A DNA stretch of 61,466 nucleotides, filler included. It is 6 parts of 6 records of this genome, joined end to end, with 100 filler letters (N's around TTAATTAATTAA, not from the genome) between each part and the next. Parts side by side here need not be neighbours in the genome. Positions count along the whole stretch, not along the records: positions 36,704 to 50,163 come from DRR723986_27704; 5 more parts are not named here. The stretch is one strand, 5' to 3'. A program made the translations under genes and the position numbers. A model generated the notes under the pieces. It was not told the origin of the DNA. It saw only the letters and a list, made by a program, of their open reading frames with translations, and did no database searches. The number at the start of each line of letters is the position of its first letter. The stretch's first letter is position 1. Shown in pieces: positions 39,224 to 49,950 of the stretch.

Positions 39224-41101
39224 CTAGCGGCCGAGGCTCTTCTTTAAGAAGTTCTCGACGGGGCCGAACGAAGCACGCATGGCGGTGGGGAAAGTCTGGC
39301 CGTCGCGAAGCTGCTCAAGGAGCTTGTCGAAACGTCGACTGTTGTTGCGATTGAAGAAGATGTTTCCAAGCCCCATGCCAATCAACGCCTGCGACTCCTC
39401 ATTAATCTGACCTCGCTGTAGTTGGTCCGAGTTCTTCAACGCCGCGAAAGCCCTCGGTGCAACTTGCTGCCAAGCCGTTGCTCGCTCCGATGACCGGCGG
39501 TACTTCTTCGCGACGGCCGCTCGAGCGATCCCTTCGGCAAACCAATACGGCACCTCAGGGAAACTACCCAGATAAGCGCCAATGACGGATTGATAGGCTA
39601 GTTCCTCACGCGTTTCATCATTCCAACCCCCATCGGCTACAACGGCAACGTAGGTTAGAAGCTTGTCCTTTCGCCAGTGCGCTTGCCAACTCGCCGGTAA
39701 CTCTCGACTTTCGAGCATCTGCCCAAATTCACCATACTGGTACCTGCTCTTGGCTAGGTACACAGCGATGCCACCTGGAACGAACTCGCTGGGAATGCCA
39801 AGCTCCTTCTGAGCCTCTTTCAACGCACTGGTAAAGTCTTCGAGCGCTTGATCGACGGCTGACTGCTGTACATCACCAAGCACCAGAAAATCGCGGCTGC
39901 TGGCCGTCTGCGCCTCGGCGTTGGGCGAAACGCGTTTCCATGCATCCATGGCATCCTGATGCTTTCGCTCCCTCAATTCATCAACCGTCGCGGACATAGC
40001 CCATGCACGACGCGCATCGTCTGCTAGCATGGCGGCAGGAGTTGTTCCGTCGAACTTGGCACCTTCCTTGATCCACGTCTCTATGGTCTCGATTTGTTTC
40101 GCACTGAGCGCGGGACGCCCGCCGGCTGGCATGCGCGGCGCCTGCTCCCCTTTGACTCGAGCCAAAATGAGACTGGCTGATGCGTTGCCCGCTTCTAGAA
40201 TGGCGCCGCTATCACCACCACGCAACATGCCACCAAAAGTGTCCATTCGCAGATTGCCGCTTGCCCGGCGTCCTCCGATGTGGCAACCATTACAATTCTC
40301 CAGCAGGATAGGAGCAACATCGGTTGCAAAGCTGACCGTCTCTTTCCCAGAGGCCCGGCTGACGTTCATGGTACTATCACCTGCACCGCGAACGGAAACA
40401 ACATATTCGCGGAGCGGTTGATTCGGCTGCAAGCCCTCGTCCAACTTGGCACCTTCGTTTATCCACTTCTTGAGCTCTTCGATTTGAGCCGTTGAGAGCT
40501 GCCCACCGCCGCGCGGCATATCTCCAGTTTCAAGAACTTCAACTAGGCGGCTCCCGCGTGCACCACCAGGGAAAAGCACCACGCCTGCGGGCGTTCCCCG
40601 GCGCAGGTCAGCGAATGTTGCAAGTGAGAATTGACCGCGGGTGTTGTCGATGTGGCAATTACCGCATCGGCTCACCAGCCACGGTGCGATGGAATCGCGA
40701 AAGCTGACACCCTTCGATTGCGTACCGGCGGGCTTCAGCATGTCTTCCCACTTGGGCAGCGGCTCAAGCTCGATGGCTTCAATCTCCAGCAGTCCGTGTG
40801 CGTTTGACAGCCGAGTGTAGATTTTCTTTGCATCTCGCTGCGTCGATACCGGAACGTCCTTCGCCAGAAGCTCAGCTAGCCCCTTTTGTACTTTGCGCAC
40901 AACATCGGCAGACGCATCCATTTTGCCGTCGGCATAGAGAGCGCCAGCACTGCGAATATCCGCATTGAGCTTGTTGAGTTGCTCGCGAAGTTGACGGGCG
41001 CCCTGGGCCGGATTTTGAGCACGCAGGTCGGCAGGCAGCAGCAATAGCGTTAACACTGCCGCTACGATTATGGATTGATGTTGCTGGCGAAGCAGAACCA
41101 T
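39224..41101 (-). CDS. Exported protein with two planctomycete cytochrome c domains and a C-terminal peptidase-MA-like domain
   Basis: Signal peptide; CGNCH and CNGCH, each after VSF..DI/VAP and followed by MP...L...WI.EGA; PYWFAEGIA. Confidence 0.8.
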   Translation of the reverse strand: MVLLRQQHQSIIVAAVLTLLLLPADLRAQNPAQGARQLREQLNKLNADIRSAGALYADGKMDASADVVRKVQKGLAELLAKDVPVSTQRDAKKIYTRLSNAHGLLEIEAIELEPLPKWEDMLKPAGTQSKGVSFRDSIAPWLVSRCGNCHIDNTRGQFSLATFADLRRGTPAGVVLFPGGARGSRLVEVLETGDMPRGGGQLSTAQIEELKKWINEGAKLDEGLQPNQPLREYVVSVRGAGDSTMNVSRASGKETVSFATDVAPILLENCNGCHIGGRRASGNLRMDTFGGMLRGGDSGAILEAGNASASLILARVKGEQAPRMPAGGRPALSAKQIETIETWIKEGAKFDGTTPAAMLADDARRAWAMSATVDELRERKHQDAMDAWKRVSPNAEAQTASSRDFLVLGDVQQSAVDQALEDFTSALKEAQKELGIPSEFVPGGIAVYLAKSRYQYGEFGQMLESRELPASWQAHWRKDKLLTYVAVVADGGWNDETREELAYQSVIGAYLGSFPEVPYWFAEGIARAAVAKKYRRSSERATAWQQVAPRAFAALKNSDQLQRGQINEESQALIGMGLGNIFFNRNNSRRFDKLLEQLRDGQTFPTAMRASFGPVENFLKKSLGR

Positions 41102-41315
41102 CGAAGAGTCACCTAACGAGGATAGAGTGAACGTTTGTCGCCGCCCTTGCGACGATGACGGCCGATGCGGGCCACCAGTTGAACCTATGGGATTACACAC
41201 CGCCGCAGAAAAGGGGCTAAGTCAGTAGCGTTCCGTGGCACCAGCGTGTACTCAGCAATCCACCGCGTGGCTCCATGAGGAACGGTTTTCTCGCGGAGAA
41301 ATCCGGCTAGCCCAA

Positions 41316-42911
41316 CTAGGACAATCTTGAGTTGGCTTGAGCAGGAGTTTGACTGGAAGCCTGGCTGGCCTGTGATTCGGCCGGCAACTCTGATTCTGGA
41401 GAGGGTGGCTGCGACGTGTAGAGCCCAATGATCACGCCCAACGAAACTGCGACGAGGAACATGATGACCAGGCCTACGATCCAAACAAGCCGTGGACCAG
41501 TGGCCTGGGGCAACGGGCTTGGTTGTTGCGGTGCACCAACTTGACTAAGTACTTGCGAGCCAACGTGCGAACCACTCTTGGAGCCACCGTGGACGGAGCT
41601 ACCACCAGCTCTAGATCGGCGCGCCAGCTCTGCTTCGAGGTCAATCTTACTACCAGTTGTTGATGAACCGGCCACCTTCGCAACTCGAACCAACACACCT
41701 GAATCGGATGCGGATAAATTCGTAACCGAGCTACCGGCGCTGGTGTCGCCGCCACGATTGCTGACAGTATCGATCAGAGCGGCCGATGTGCCACTGCCCT
41801 CTCGCTCATTCCCGAGATCGAGAGAACTGCTACTTCCACCGGTTGCGCCAGTCCCACCACCGGCGGCCACAGCAGCGTACTTGACCAACCAAGCCTCCAG
41901 GACCTGTGCTGCTTGTTCTGCGGTCGCATATCGGAACTTGGGGTCCTTCTGCATCATCTTCCAGCAGATCCCTTCTAATTCGCCAGGGCACTTGGCGCGT
42001 ATCTTGCGAATTTCCTTTGGCATCTCTTTCTGATGCTTTGCAATTCGCTGCGCGATGGTGCCTTCTGGGAAGGGTGGATGACCGGTCAGTAGGAAGTACA
42101 TCGTGCACCCCAAGCCGTACAGGTCGGCTCGATGGTCAACTTTGTGACTATTGAGTGCTTGCTCAGGCGCCAAGTAGTCCGCGGTCCCAAGCACTTTGTC
42201 GTTGTAGTCAATTGTTAGCGATGCTTGAGCGTCGTCCGCGATCAGGGCCAGTCCGAGGTCAAGCAACTTGACCTTCCCCTTGGAATTGATCAAAACATTC
42301 GCTGGCTTAACATCTCGGTGAATCAAACCCATGTCGTGAGCGTGCTGGAGACCATGAGCAGCTTGGGCGATATAGTCGGCCACTTTCTCAAATGGCAGCG
42401 GCCCCTCTTTCTTTACAATCGTTTGCAAGTCGTCACCATCGACGTACTCCATAACGATGTAGTGGGTGTCGCCCTGATTATCGATGTCGTGGGCGCGAAC
42501 CACATTCGGATGATTGAGAGAGGCGATCGCTTTTGCCTCTTGCTGGAATCGTGCCAGGTAGGAGGACTTGCCAAGTTTGCTCTGCGGCAACACCTTGATC
42601 GCACGCAGGTCGTGCATCTTGGTGTGTTCGGCAAGATACACGCTACTCATCCCGCCGGAGCCGATATGTCCCAGCAGCTTATGCTTACCGAGGAAGAACC
42701 CCTTGTACCGCCCTTGCAGAAGTTTGTCGGCGTGCCATCGCGTGATGACCTCTTTCTTCTGAAGTGCCTTGGCCAGATCGACAGGGCTACTGGGAAGCTC
42801 CCCGCCGCGGCTAGCACGAATTGATTCCAGAGCAGCGTCTAGCGCTTCCTTGCTCGCAAGCTGGCTTTTTTCCACCAACTCAATCAGTCTTTCTGAACTG
42901 ACTTTGGCCAT
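41316..42911 (-). CDS. Hanks-type Ser/Thr protein kinase with C-terminal TM
   Basis: IGSGGMSSVY, AIK, HRDVKPAN, DLGLA, GTADYLAPEQ; start MAKVS. Confidence 0.95.
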   Translation of the reverse strand: MAKVSSERLIELVEKSQLASKEALDAALESIRASRGGELPSSPVDLAKALQKKEVITRWHADKLLQGRYKGFFLGKHKLLGHIGSGGMSSVYLAEHTKMHDLRAIKVLPQSKLGKSSYLARFQQEAKAIASLNHPNVVRAHDIDNQGDTHYIVMEYVDGDDLQTIVKKEGPLPFEKVADYIAQAAHGLQHAHDMGLIHRDVKPANVLINSKGKVKLLDLGLALIADDAQASLTIDYNDKVLGTADYLAPEQALNSHKVDHRADLYGLGCTMYFLLTGHPPFPEGTIAQRIAKHQKEMPKEIRKIRAKCPGELEGICWKMMQKDPKFRYATAEQAAQVLEAWLVKYAAVAAGGGTGATGGSSSSLDLGNEREGSGTSAALIDTVSNRGGDTSAGSSVTNLSASDSGVLVRVAKVAGSSTTGSKIDLEAELARRSRAGGSSVHGGSKSGSHVGSQVLSQVGAPQQPSPLPQATGPRLVWIVGLVIMFLVAVSLGVIIGLYTSQPPSPESELPAESQASQASSQTPAQANSRLS

Positions 42912-43337
42912 ATGTACTTCGCTCTGCGTTCCCTCTGCGCTTTCGGTCAAATCACTGCTCGACACCGCAAGTCGGACAGCGAACCGTTTAGAACGGGGGC
43001 CAAACCATGTCGGTATGCCACGCACGTTCCAATTTTCATCCTAATTGGATGAAACCATGAGAATAACAGACACAAGTGCCAAGTACACGAAATGCACACG
43101 AATTCTTGGCCAAAATACCGTACAACTAATACCTGACGCGAATATCACCCCATAAGTGCTTGATCTACAATGATTTCCAGGGCGAAACTACCTGCCAAGT
43201 TTAGGACTTTCACTGTGCACTAAACGGCCATGAGCCGCTGGAATTCGCGACAAATGTGCCGGATCAGCGCAACAGAATTCAGCCGCACCGCCCTTGCCCA
43301 CTGACCATCCCTAGCCCCAAATCGTAACTGCATTTCC

Positions 43338-44447
43338 TTGAAATCTGACCATCTCATCATTGGTGCTGGCGTCGTTGGTCTGTCGCTCGCCTGGGAACTC
43401 GCTCGGCGAGGCAAACGAGTCATGGTCTTGGGATCAGACCGCCGCCGCCCTGCATCCTGGGCTGGGGCTGGCATTCTGCCTCCTGCCGCCCGCTGCGACG
43501 TTGACGATCCGTACGAACAGCTTAAGAAGCTCAGTCACGAGCTGCATGCGACGTGGGCAAACGAACTACGAGGTGCCACGGATATCGACACCGGTTTTCG
43601 AAAGTGTGGTGGCATCTATCTGGCGACCACACAAGCTGAGGCAGCAACGCTTGCTGCGAATCGCTTCTGGTGGGACGAACACAACATTGAGTATCAACAA
43701 CTGACCGCTGACGAAGTTGTCGCTAGTGAGCCGGCACTTAGCGAGATGAGCAGCCGAGTCGCAGGAGCATACCTGCTACGCGATGAGCACCAACTGCGTA
43801 ATCCTCGCCATCTCAAAGCACTCAAGCGTGCAATCGAATTGCTGGGATCTCAGGTTATCGATGACGCGGAAGTAACTGACGTTAAAACACACGAAGGTGT
43901 TATCACCGGTGCAGTCACGAGTGAAAGAACTTTCCAAGCCGACAGCTACAGCATCTGCTCGGGGGCGTGGAGTCGTTTTACGCTGGATAACTTGGGCGTT
44001 AACAACGGTGTCGTCCCCATTCGTGGCCAAATGATCCAGTTCGATTGCAAACAGCAAATCTTCAGCAAGATTATCAACGAAGGCAATCGCTACTTGGTCT
44101 GCCGACCCGACGGTCTGGTACTTGCCGGGAGTGTCGAAGAAGAGGAAGGATTCGCGTGCGAGACCACGGATGATGCCATTTCGCAGATTCACCAGTGGGC
44201 GGTGGGCATTCTTCCTCAGTTATCTCGTTTGCCGATTCTGAACAGTTGGGCCGGGCTTCGTCCAGCCGCCTTTGATGGCTTCCCGTACATTGGAAAAGCC
44301 CCATCCTACGAGAACCTATACATTGCCACAGGGCACTTCCGAAGCGGTCTGCACTTATCACCAGGTACCGCCGTCTTGCTGGCTGATCTAATGATGGGCA
44401 AGCAGCCGGCAATGGACCTATCGATGTTCCGGCCCGGTCGCGGTTAG
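43338..44447 (+). CDS. Glycine oxidase ThiO-like FAD oxidoreductase
   Basis: IIGAGVVG, ASWAGAGIL, PIRGQM, WAGLRP, GHFRSGLHLSP. Confidence 0.85.
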   Translation: MKSDHLIIGAGVVGLSLAWELARRGKRVMVLGSDRRRPASWAGAGILPPAARCDVDDPYEQLKKLSHELHATWANELRGATDIDTGFRKCGGIYLATTQAEAATLAANRFWWDEHNIEYQQLTADEVVASEPALSEMSSRVAGAYLLRDEHQLRNPRHLKALKRAIELLGSQVIDDAEVTDVKTHEGVITGAVTSERTFQADSYSICSGAWSRFTLDNLGVNNGVVPIRGQMIQFDCKQQIFSKIINEGNRYLVCRPDGLVLAGSVEEEEGFACETTDDAISQIHQWAVGILPQLSRLPILNSWAGLRPAAFDGFPYIGKAPSYENLYIATGHFRSGLHLSPGTAVLLADLMMGKQPAMDLSMFRPGRG

Positions 44448-44649
44448 ATGGTGCCCTGGCAGCGGTAAGACGGTGATAGTAGCCGAACCAACAAATATTT
44501 TCCGCATTGCCGCGAGCGTCAATGCCGCCGGACCGTGATGAAATTGATGTTCACAGCCTAGCATCCTAGATTCACGTCTGATATCGTCGACCAGACACTC
44601 AATTCTCCGTGGCGGCTCATCGACACACCTACGTTCACCCGAGCATAAC

Positions 44650-45675
44650 ATGTTTGCAAAGATTACCAGCGCCGGACGCACTGACATCGGAAAGAAGCGA
44701 GACTCCAATCAAGACCAGTACTTGATTGCAGACCTCAATAAATCGATGCTTGTCCAGTCGACCAGCCTGAATCTAGACACCCAATCTCGCCTTTATGGGA
44801 TGTCACACGGCAAGCTATTCATGGTGGCAGACGGAATGGGGGGACACCAGGGTGGGAACCGCGCTAGCGCCTTGGCCATCGATCTGATGATCAACCAACT
44901 GCTCAACAGCATGCACTGGTTTTTCCAGATGGACCAAGACCAAGAAACGCGTGAGCAGGGTTTCATCGAGGACCTAAAACGAATCATGCAACGAGCGCAC
45001 GAGGCGATCGAAGCGGAATCCAGTGGAGATGCATCAATTCGCGGCATGGGCACAACGCTCACCATGGCCTATGTCATTTGGCCCTGGATGTACGTTGTTC
45101 ACGCTGGAGACAGTCGCTGTTATATCTTGCGAAATGATGAGCTGCGACAATTGACGCGTGATCACACCGTTTCCAACCAATTGATGGAAAAGGGCGGCAT
45201 GACCGAGGACGAGGCCAACAGCTCACCCTGGAGCAACGTCCTGTACAATGCTCTTGGTGCTGGTGCTTCCGAAGTAAATGCTGAGGTTCACAAGGTTGCC
45301 CTGGAGCCGCACGACACGATCATGCTGTGCAGCGACGGCCTCTATCGTTATATCGACAACGACGAAGTCCGTGACATGATGCTGAGCGAACTAGATCCGA
45401 GCGAAGTCTGCCGTTCATTCATTGAACTAGCAAATTTCCGTGGAGGTGCTGACAACATCACCGCAATCGTCGCACGCCTGGAAGAAGCTGACGATGATCA
45501 ACCTAAGACTCGTGTTGCCGCGGAGATAACTCTCGAGAGGCTGCTTGGCGACGTCACTGGCTATCATCACCCGCGCAGCCGGCAGTCACTGCCTGACACG
45601 CAGCCGCATCCTCAGGGCAGCGAAGACACCGATGAGTTTAAGGTGCCCGTGAGTTCGAGCAACCGACGGAATTGA
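44650..45675 (+). CDS. PP2C family Ser/Thr phosphatase
   Basis: TDIGKKR..NQD, VADGMGG, GMGTT, GDSR, LTRDH, CSDGL, GGADNIT. Confidence 0.95.
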   Translation: MFAKITSAGRTDIGKKRDSNQDQYLIADLNKSMLVQSTSLNLDTQSRLYGMSHGKLFMVADGMGGHQGGNRASALAIDLMINQLLNSMHWFFQMDQDQETREQGFIEDLKRIMQRAHEAIEAESSGDASIRGMGTTLTMAYVIWPWMYVVHAGDSRCYILRNDELRQLTRDHTVSNQLMEKGGMTEDEANSSPWSNVLYNALGAGASEVNAEVHKVALEPHDTIMLCSDGLYRYIDNDEVRDMMLSELDPSEVCRSFIELANFRGGADNITAIVARLEEADDDQPKTRVAAEITLERLLGDVTGYHHPRSRQSLPDTQPHPQGSEDTDEFKVPVSSSNRRN

Positions 45676-45730
45676 GAGACTCCGTCAAGAAACTCCGCTA
45701 GGAAACATTGTCAAGAATCGAATTGGCGGT

Positions 45731-46528
45731 CTAGCCGTTTTCGACCGCGTAGCGCCGGATCCAACCGACAATTAAACTTGACACAAACTCCAAGTCGGCA
45801 GGATTGCGAGCGAGCAAATGGTCTGCTCCGTCCAGGCACACCAAGCTTGTGGGAGCTGGCTGATCATCGCTGGCCTTCTGCGTCAGAAAACTGTACAGTC
45901 GCAGCGCGTGCTCAAAGCCCAGCGTCTCATCTTCGGGACTGTGCAACAACAACGTCGGCTTCGCCATTGGTCGCATATAGTTTGACAAGTCGTGCCGCCG
46001 AAAGTCATCTACCATTTGCTTGGTAATCGTATAAGACCTGCCGCCAATGGTGACCGTTCCGGAACCACCATTGATGGCGGGATCCATTTTGCACAGTAGG
46101 TCTGCCAAATGACTGGTATCGCTTGGGGATGCCAATGAAATCATCGCCCGCACAGACGCTATTTCTGCTGCCAAAGACAAGCTGCACGCTCCACCGAAAC
46201 TGTGACCGATCAAAAAGTCCGGTGATTGGTGTTGATCAGATAAAAATTCAACCGCAGCCAACAAATCGGCTCGATTGGTTGTAAAGTTCGTCTGCGAGAA
46301 ATCTCCACCACTGCTCCCCAGCCCCGTTAGGTCGTACCGCAGCACCAAGATTCCCTGAGCTGCGAGGGCACGGCTGATTCGAACAATTGCTTTGAGGTCT
46401 TTATTGCAAGTAAAACAGTGCGTGAAGATTCCGGCGGCGACTATTTCGCCGAGAGGCTGATCAACGATCCCGCCGAGCTGGTGACCGTTTCCGCCGGGAA
46501 ACTCGACACGGCTACTGCGAAACTCCAT
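45731..46528 (-). CDS. Alpha/beta hydrolase
   Basis: HCFTCNKD, YDLTGLG, GHSFGG, HSPED, ADHLL. Confidence 0.9.
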   Translation of the reverse strand: MEFRSSRVEFPGGNGHQLGGIVDQPLGEIVAAGIFTHCFTCNKDLKAIVRISRALAAQGILVLRYDLTGLGSSGGDFSQTNFTTNRADLLAAVEFLSDQHQSPDFLIGHSFGGACSLSLAAEIASVRAMISLASPSDTSHLADLLCKMDPAINGGSGTVTIGGRSYTITKQMVDDFRRHDLSNYMRPMAKPTLLLHSPEDETLGFEHALRLYSFLTQKASDDQPAPTSLVCLDGADHLLARNPADLEFVSSLIVGWIRRYAVENG

Positions 46529-46695
46529 GGCTCAACTCCATTAACCAGTCGGTGCAGCAAAAAAGAGTGTGTGAGAAGTTGAGAACGCTTCCACGCAGAA
46601 ATTGACTAGGCGTAGCCCACCCGGGTACTTCACAGTGGGTCCCAAAGCGAGAGAACCTGCGGGCTCGCCCTATTACGAGATGCTAGATGTCGCGG

Positions 46696-47658
46696 TCAAT
46701 TGCCAGAAAGATTCAACGTGCCGCGCTTGAAGGCGAGAGCCATGGCCTTGGGCACTTCGGCTTCGGCCAGAACGAGACTAGCGCGATTTTCAGATACCGA
46801 TGCTCGGTTCTCTTGCTCGGTTGCAATGGCCTCAGCACGCCGTTGTTCGGCGAAAGCACGAGCCACGCGAACATCTGCTTCGGCCTGGTCGGCTCGCAAT
46901 CGAGCGCCAATGTTGTCGCCAACGTCGATATCGGCGATGTCGATCGATACAATCTGGAAAGCTGTCTGAGCGTCCAAACCGCGCTCAAGCACTCGGTGCG
47001 AGATCTTGTTCGGATTCTCAAGTACGTCTTGGTGGCTTTCGCTTGAGCCAATCGAGCTAATGATGCTTTCACCAACCCGCGCGATGATCGTTTCTTCCGT
47101 CGCTCCGCCGATTAACTGCTCAAGATTGGTTCGCACGGTCACCCGCGTTCTAACTTGCAGCTCGACACCATCTTTAGCAATCGCACTCAGCGTCGACTGA
47201 CCACTCCGACGCGGATCGGGACAATCGATAACCTTGGGGTGAACACTGGTTCGCACCGCATCTTGCACATCGCGTCCGGCCAAGTCAATTGCTGCAGCGC
47301 GGTCGAAATCGAGGTCAATTCCAGCGCGGTGCGCGGCGATGATCGCCTGGATAACTCCCATCACATTCCCGCCAGCCAGAAAGTGCGCTTCGAGTCGCTG
47401 GGTCAGGATTCCGTTTCTTGACGTAATGTCCAAGCCCGCTTGAGCGGCCATGATCTTTGCGTGGACGATGATGGGCGCCTTCACCTGACGGAAGTACATC
47501 CCAACCAGGCTGAGCATCGAGACTCGCGCGCTGGCCGCGAAGGCTTGGATCCACAGTGCGCCAAATGCGAAGAACGCAATGATGGTGAACAGCAGCAACA
47601 GGGCCAGAAGACCTATTCCAACCCACCAAACAATTGCCCAAACGTCGATATCACCCAT
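46696..47658 (-). CDS. floA: Flotillin-like protein FloA (short C-terminus)
   Basis: [54 protein letters not shown]. Confidence 0.9.
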   Translation of the reverse strand: MGDIDVWAIVWWVGIGLLALLLLFTIIAFFAFGALWIQAFAASARVSMLSLVGMYFRQVKAPIIVHAKIMAAQAGLDITSRNGILTQRLEAHFLAGGNVMGVIQAIIAAHRAGIDLDFDRAAAIDLAGRDVQDAVRTSVHPKVIDCPDPRRSGQSTLSAIAKDGVELQVRTRVTVRTNLEQLIGGATEETIIARVGESIISSIGSSESHQDVLENPNKISHRVLERGLDAQTAFQIVSIDIADIDVGDNIGARLRADQAEADVRVARAFAEQRRAEAIATEQENRASVSENRASLVLAEAEVPKAMALAFKRGTLNLSGN

Positions 47659-47880
47659 GATCCAAGCCGATCAAAGTCAATGAATTTCGTATCTGCAGAT
47701 TCCGCCGCCAATGACGGACACACCTTATGATAGCCCGACAACAAGCGAATTTCAGCTACTTCGCCGTTTCCATGGTTGGGAATTAGCGATTCAGCATTCA
47801 CTATGCTGCATTCACTATGCTGCGTGTGCCGAGCTGAAACGCGGCCGCACGGGGATTAATGCCAGCAAAAAGAGCGCTGG

Positions 47881-48996
47881 TTAAGTGGCTGATTTGATCC
47901 AGCCGCCTCCAAGGACGCGATCATCGTCATACACGACGCACAACTGCCCAGGAGCGACGCCATTCTGTGCCGAGGCGAACTGAACGCTGAAACCCTGATC
48001 GGCCTCAACGTTTACAGTAGCGTCTACCGGCGGGCTGTTGTAACGAATCTGCACTTGAGCTTCAAAGGCAGTCGACGGCACGTCGCACAGCCAATTCGCT
48101 TCCTCAGCTACCAGGCCGGGCATCGCAAGTTCATGCTTTTCACCGAGCACAACATGGTTCGTTTCGGCATCAATGCGAATGACATAGCGTGGCTCACCAA
48201 AGGCGACGCCGAGTCCTTTGCGCTGACCGATTGTAAAGTTCTCGATGCCAACATGCTGGCCAAGAACATTACCTTCGGCGTCAATAAAATTGCCGCTGGT
48301 GTCCACATCATGCTTCGCACGAATAAACTCTCCGTGGCGACCACTTGTTACAAAGCAAATCTCCTGACTATCGCGCTTGTCAGCTACATTCAATCCAACT
48401 TCGCCAGCCAACTCGCGAATCTGAGGCTTCTGGAATCCGCCCACCGGCAATAGCATTCGCGAAAGGTACTTTCGATCGATGCCGGCCAGGACGTACGACT
48501 GATCCTTCCCTGAATCAACGCCTCGCAAAAGCGCCCATTCATCACCACGCTTTTCAAGACGAGCGTAATGCCCTGTTGCAACATACTGTGCTGATACGCT
48601 GTCGGCGTAATCGAACAAACGGCCGAACTTGATCCAGTTGTTGCACTGCACACAGGGATTTGGCGTCCGACCGTTGCGATACTCATCGACAAAGTAATCG
48701 ACGATACGCGAGAAATCAGACTGCAGATCGAGAGCATAAAACGGGATGCCCAATCGGTCTGCAACTCGTCGAGCGTCCATGGCGTCTGAAGCACTGCAGC
48801 AGCCTTGCTTGTGGTCCGTGCGGCCTTGCAAAATGGGCAACAGTGGGTTGGGGCTATCTTCCAGATCACAGCTACTGGCGGATTCTTCACCATGGCGCAT
48901 GAAGACACCAACCACATCATAGCCCTGCTCAAGCAGCAGGTGCGCGGCGGCCGAGCTATCCACACCGCCGCTCATTGCGAGGACAACGCGCGTCAT
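47881..48996 (-). CDS. mnmA: tRNA 2-thiouridine(34) synthase MnmA
   Basis: AMSGGVDSS, TPNPCVQCN, ATGHYA, KDQSY, DSQEICF, FTIGQRKG, PGQ. Confidence 0.97.
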   Translation of the reverse strand: MTRVVLAMSGGVDSSAAAHLLLEQGYDVVGVFMRHGEESASSCDLEDSPNPLLPILQGRTDHKQGCCSASDAMDARRVADRLGIPFYALDLQSDFSRIVDYFVDEYRNGRTPNPCVQCNNWIKFGRLFDYADSVSAQYVATGHYARLEKRGDEWALLRGVDSGKDQSYVLAGIDRKYLSRMLLPVGGFQKPQIRELAGEVGLNVADKRDSQEICFVTSGRHGEFIRAKHDVDTSGNFIDAEGNVLGQHVGIENFTIGQRKGLGVAFGEPRYVIRIDAETNHVVLGEKHELAMPGLVAEEANWLCDVPSTAFEAQVQIRYNSPPVDATVNVEADQGFSVQFASAQNGVAPGQLCVVYDDDRVLGGGWIKSAT

Positions 48997-49003
48997 TGCC
49001 GAA

Positions 49004-49759
49004 TTAGCTCCAAATCTTCATTTGTTTCAGTTGCTTTGTCGCCGTTCCTGCCCAATCGCGGTTCGCCGCTGGCGAGGCTGGGCTGGGATGCAGAATCCGT
49101 CCGACCTTCAAATCGCGAATGTCGTTGGCTTCAATCACTCGCTGAGCGCATTTCTCTGCGAACGCTCCAACGCCAACGATCCACTCCGGCGAAAGTGTTT
49201 TCAATAGGCTGGCCAAGTGTCGGTCACAGGTTGCTTCTAACTCGGCACGAATCGCCACAGGCAGTTTGTCAGGCGTGACGTTTCGCGCCGACTCCTCCAT
49301 AAAGACAAGCGGACAGTAGTTGGTGACAAAGTAGTCGTCAAAGAACGCATCGGCGGAGTCAAAAGTCTCCTGAAACAGCCCCCACAATCGGCGACCCGAA
49401 ACCTCACTGCGCTGGCATTCAAGTCCTTCAATTGGGCGCTTTGGATGCTCGGGCGATAGTTTCTTCACGGACGCATCGATGCCCAGCCAATCCACCACGG
49501 CGGCAATTTCACCGAATGGCACGCCGGTCTGCGCCATGCCCCAAGGGCCGGGATTCATGCCCAGAAACACAACGTTGCACGTCGCACGCGCGTACTTATC
49601 CAAATACTGCTGGTGGGCCTTCCAAGCGTATTCGAGCGGGTTGTACACCCACGGAACCGCATCGGAAAAATCGAGATCCGAGCACTCTCGACTCAACTTT
49701 TTGGCAGCCCTTATGCATGAGCGAGCTGCCTTTTCGTTTTCAGGTTTCGTTGAACTCAT
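49004..49759 (-). CDS. SMUG1-family (family 3) uracil-DNA glycosylase
   Basis: YNPLEYA, GMNPGPWGMAQTGVPFG, SEVSGRR, NYCPL, HPSP. Confidence 0.92.
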   Translation of the reverse strand: MSSTKPENEKAARSCIRAAKKLSRECSDLDFSDAVPWVYNPLEYAWKAHQQYLDKYARATCNVVFLGMNPGPWGMAQTGVPFGEIAAVVDWLGIDASVKKLSPEHPKRPIEGLECQRSEVSGRRLWGLFQETFDSADAFFDDYFVTNYCPLVFMEESARNVTPDKLPVAIRAELEATCDRHLASLLKTLSPEWIVGVGAFAEKCAQRVIEANDIRDLKVGRILHPSPASPAANRDWAGTATKQLKQMKIWS

Positions 49760-49950
49760 AGTCCAGACGACGATACCCGAGGTAGGACGGTTTGCCTACC
49801 TGCGAACGAACGAGAAACCTCTCTTCTCTGTGGAGCTCGGCCTATGTGCGAGACATTCTTCTCCGATGTTGCTTCCAAACGTCGCCTGGGCCCGGCCGCT
49901 GACGCGTCGCGGCTCACCGCGCGGACTGGCGCCCGGCGTCAGCCGGCCTC

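Noticed and set aside
47794..47823. 14-bp tandem duplication GCATTCACTATGCT x2 upstream of floA
   Set aside because: Two copies only; most likely slippage, no evidence of function
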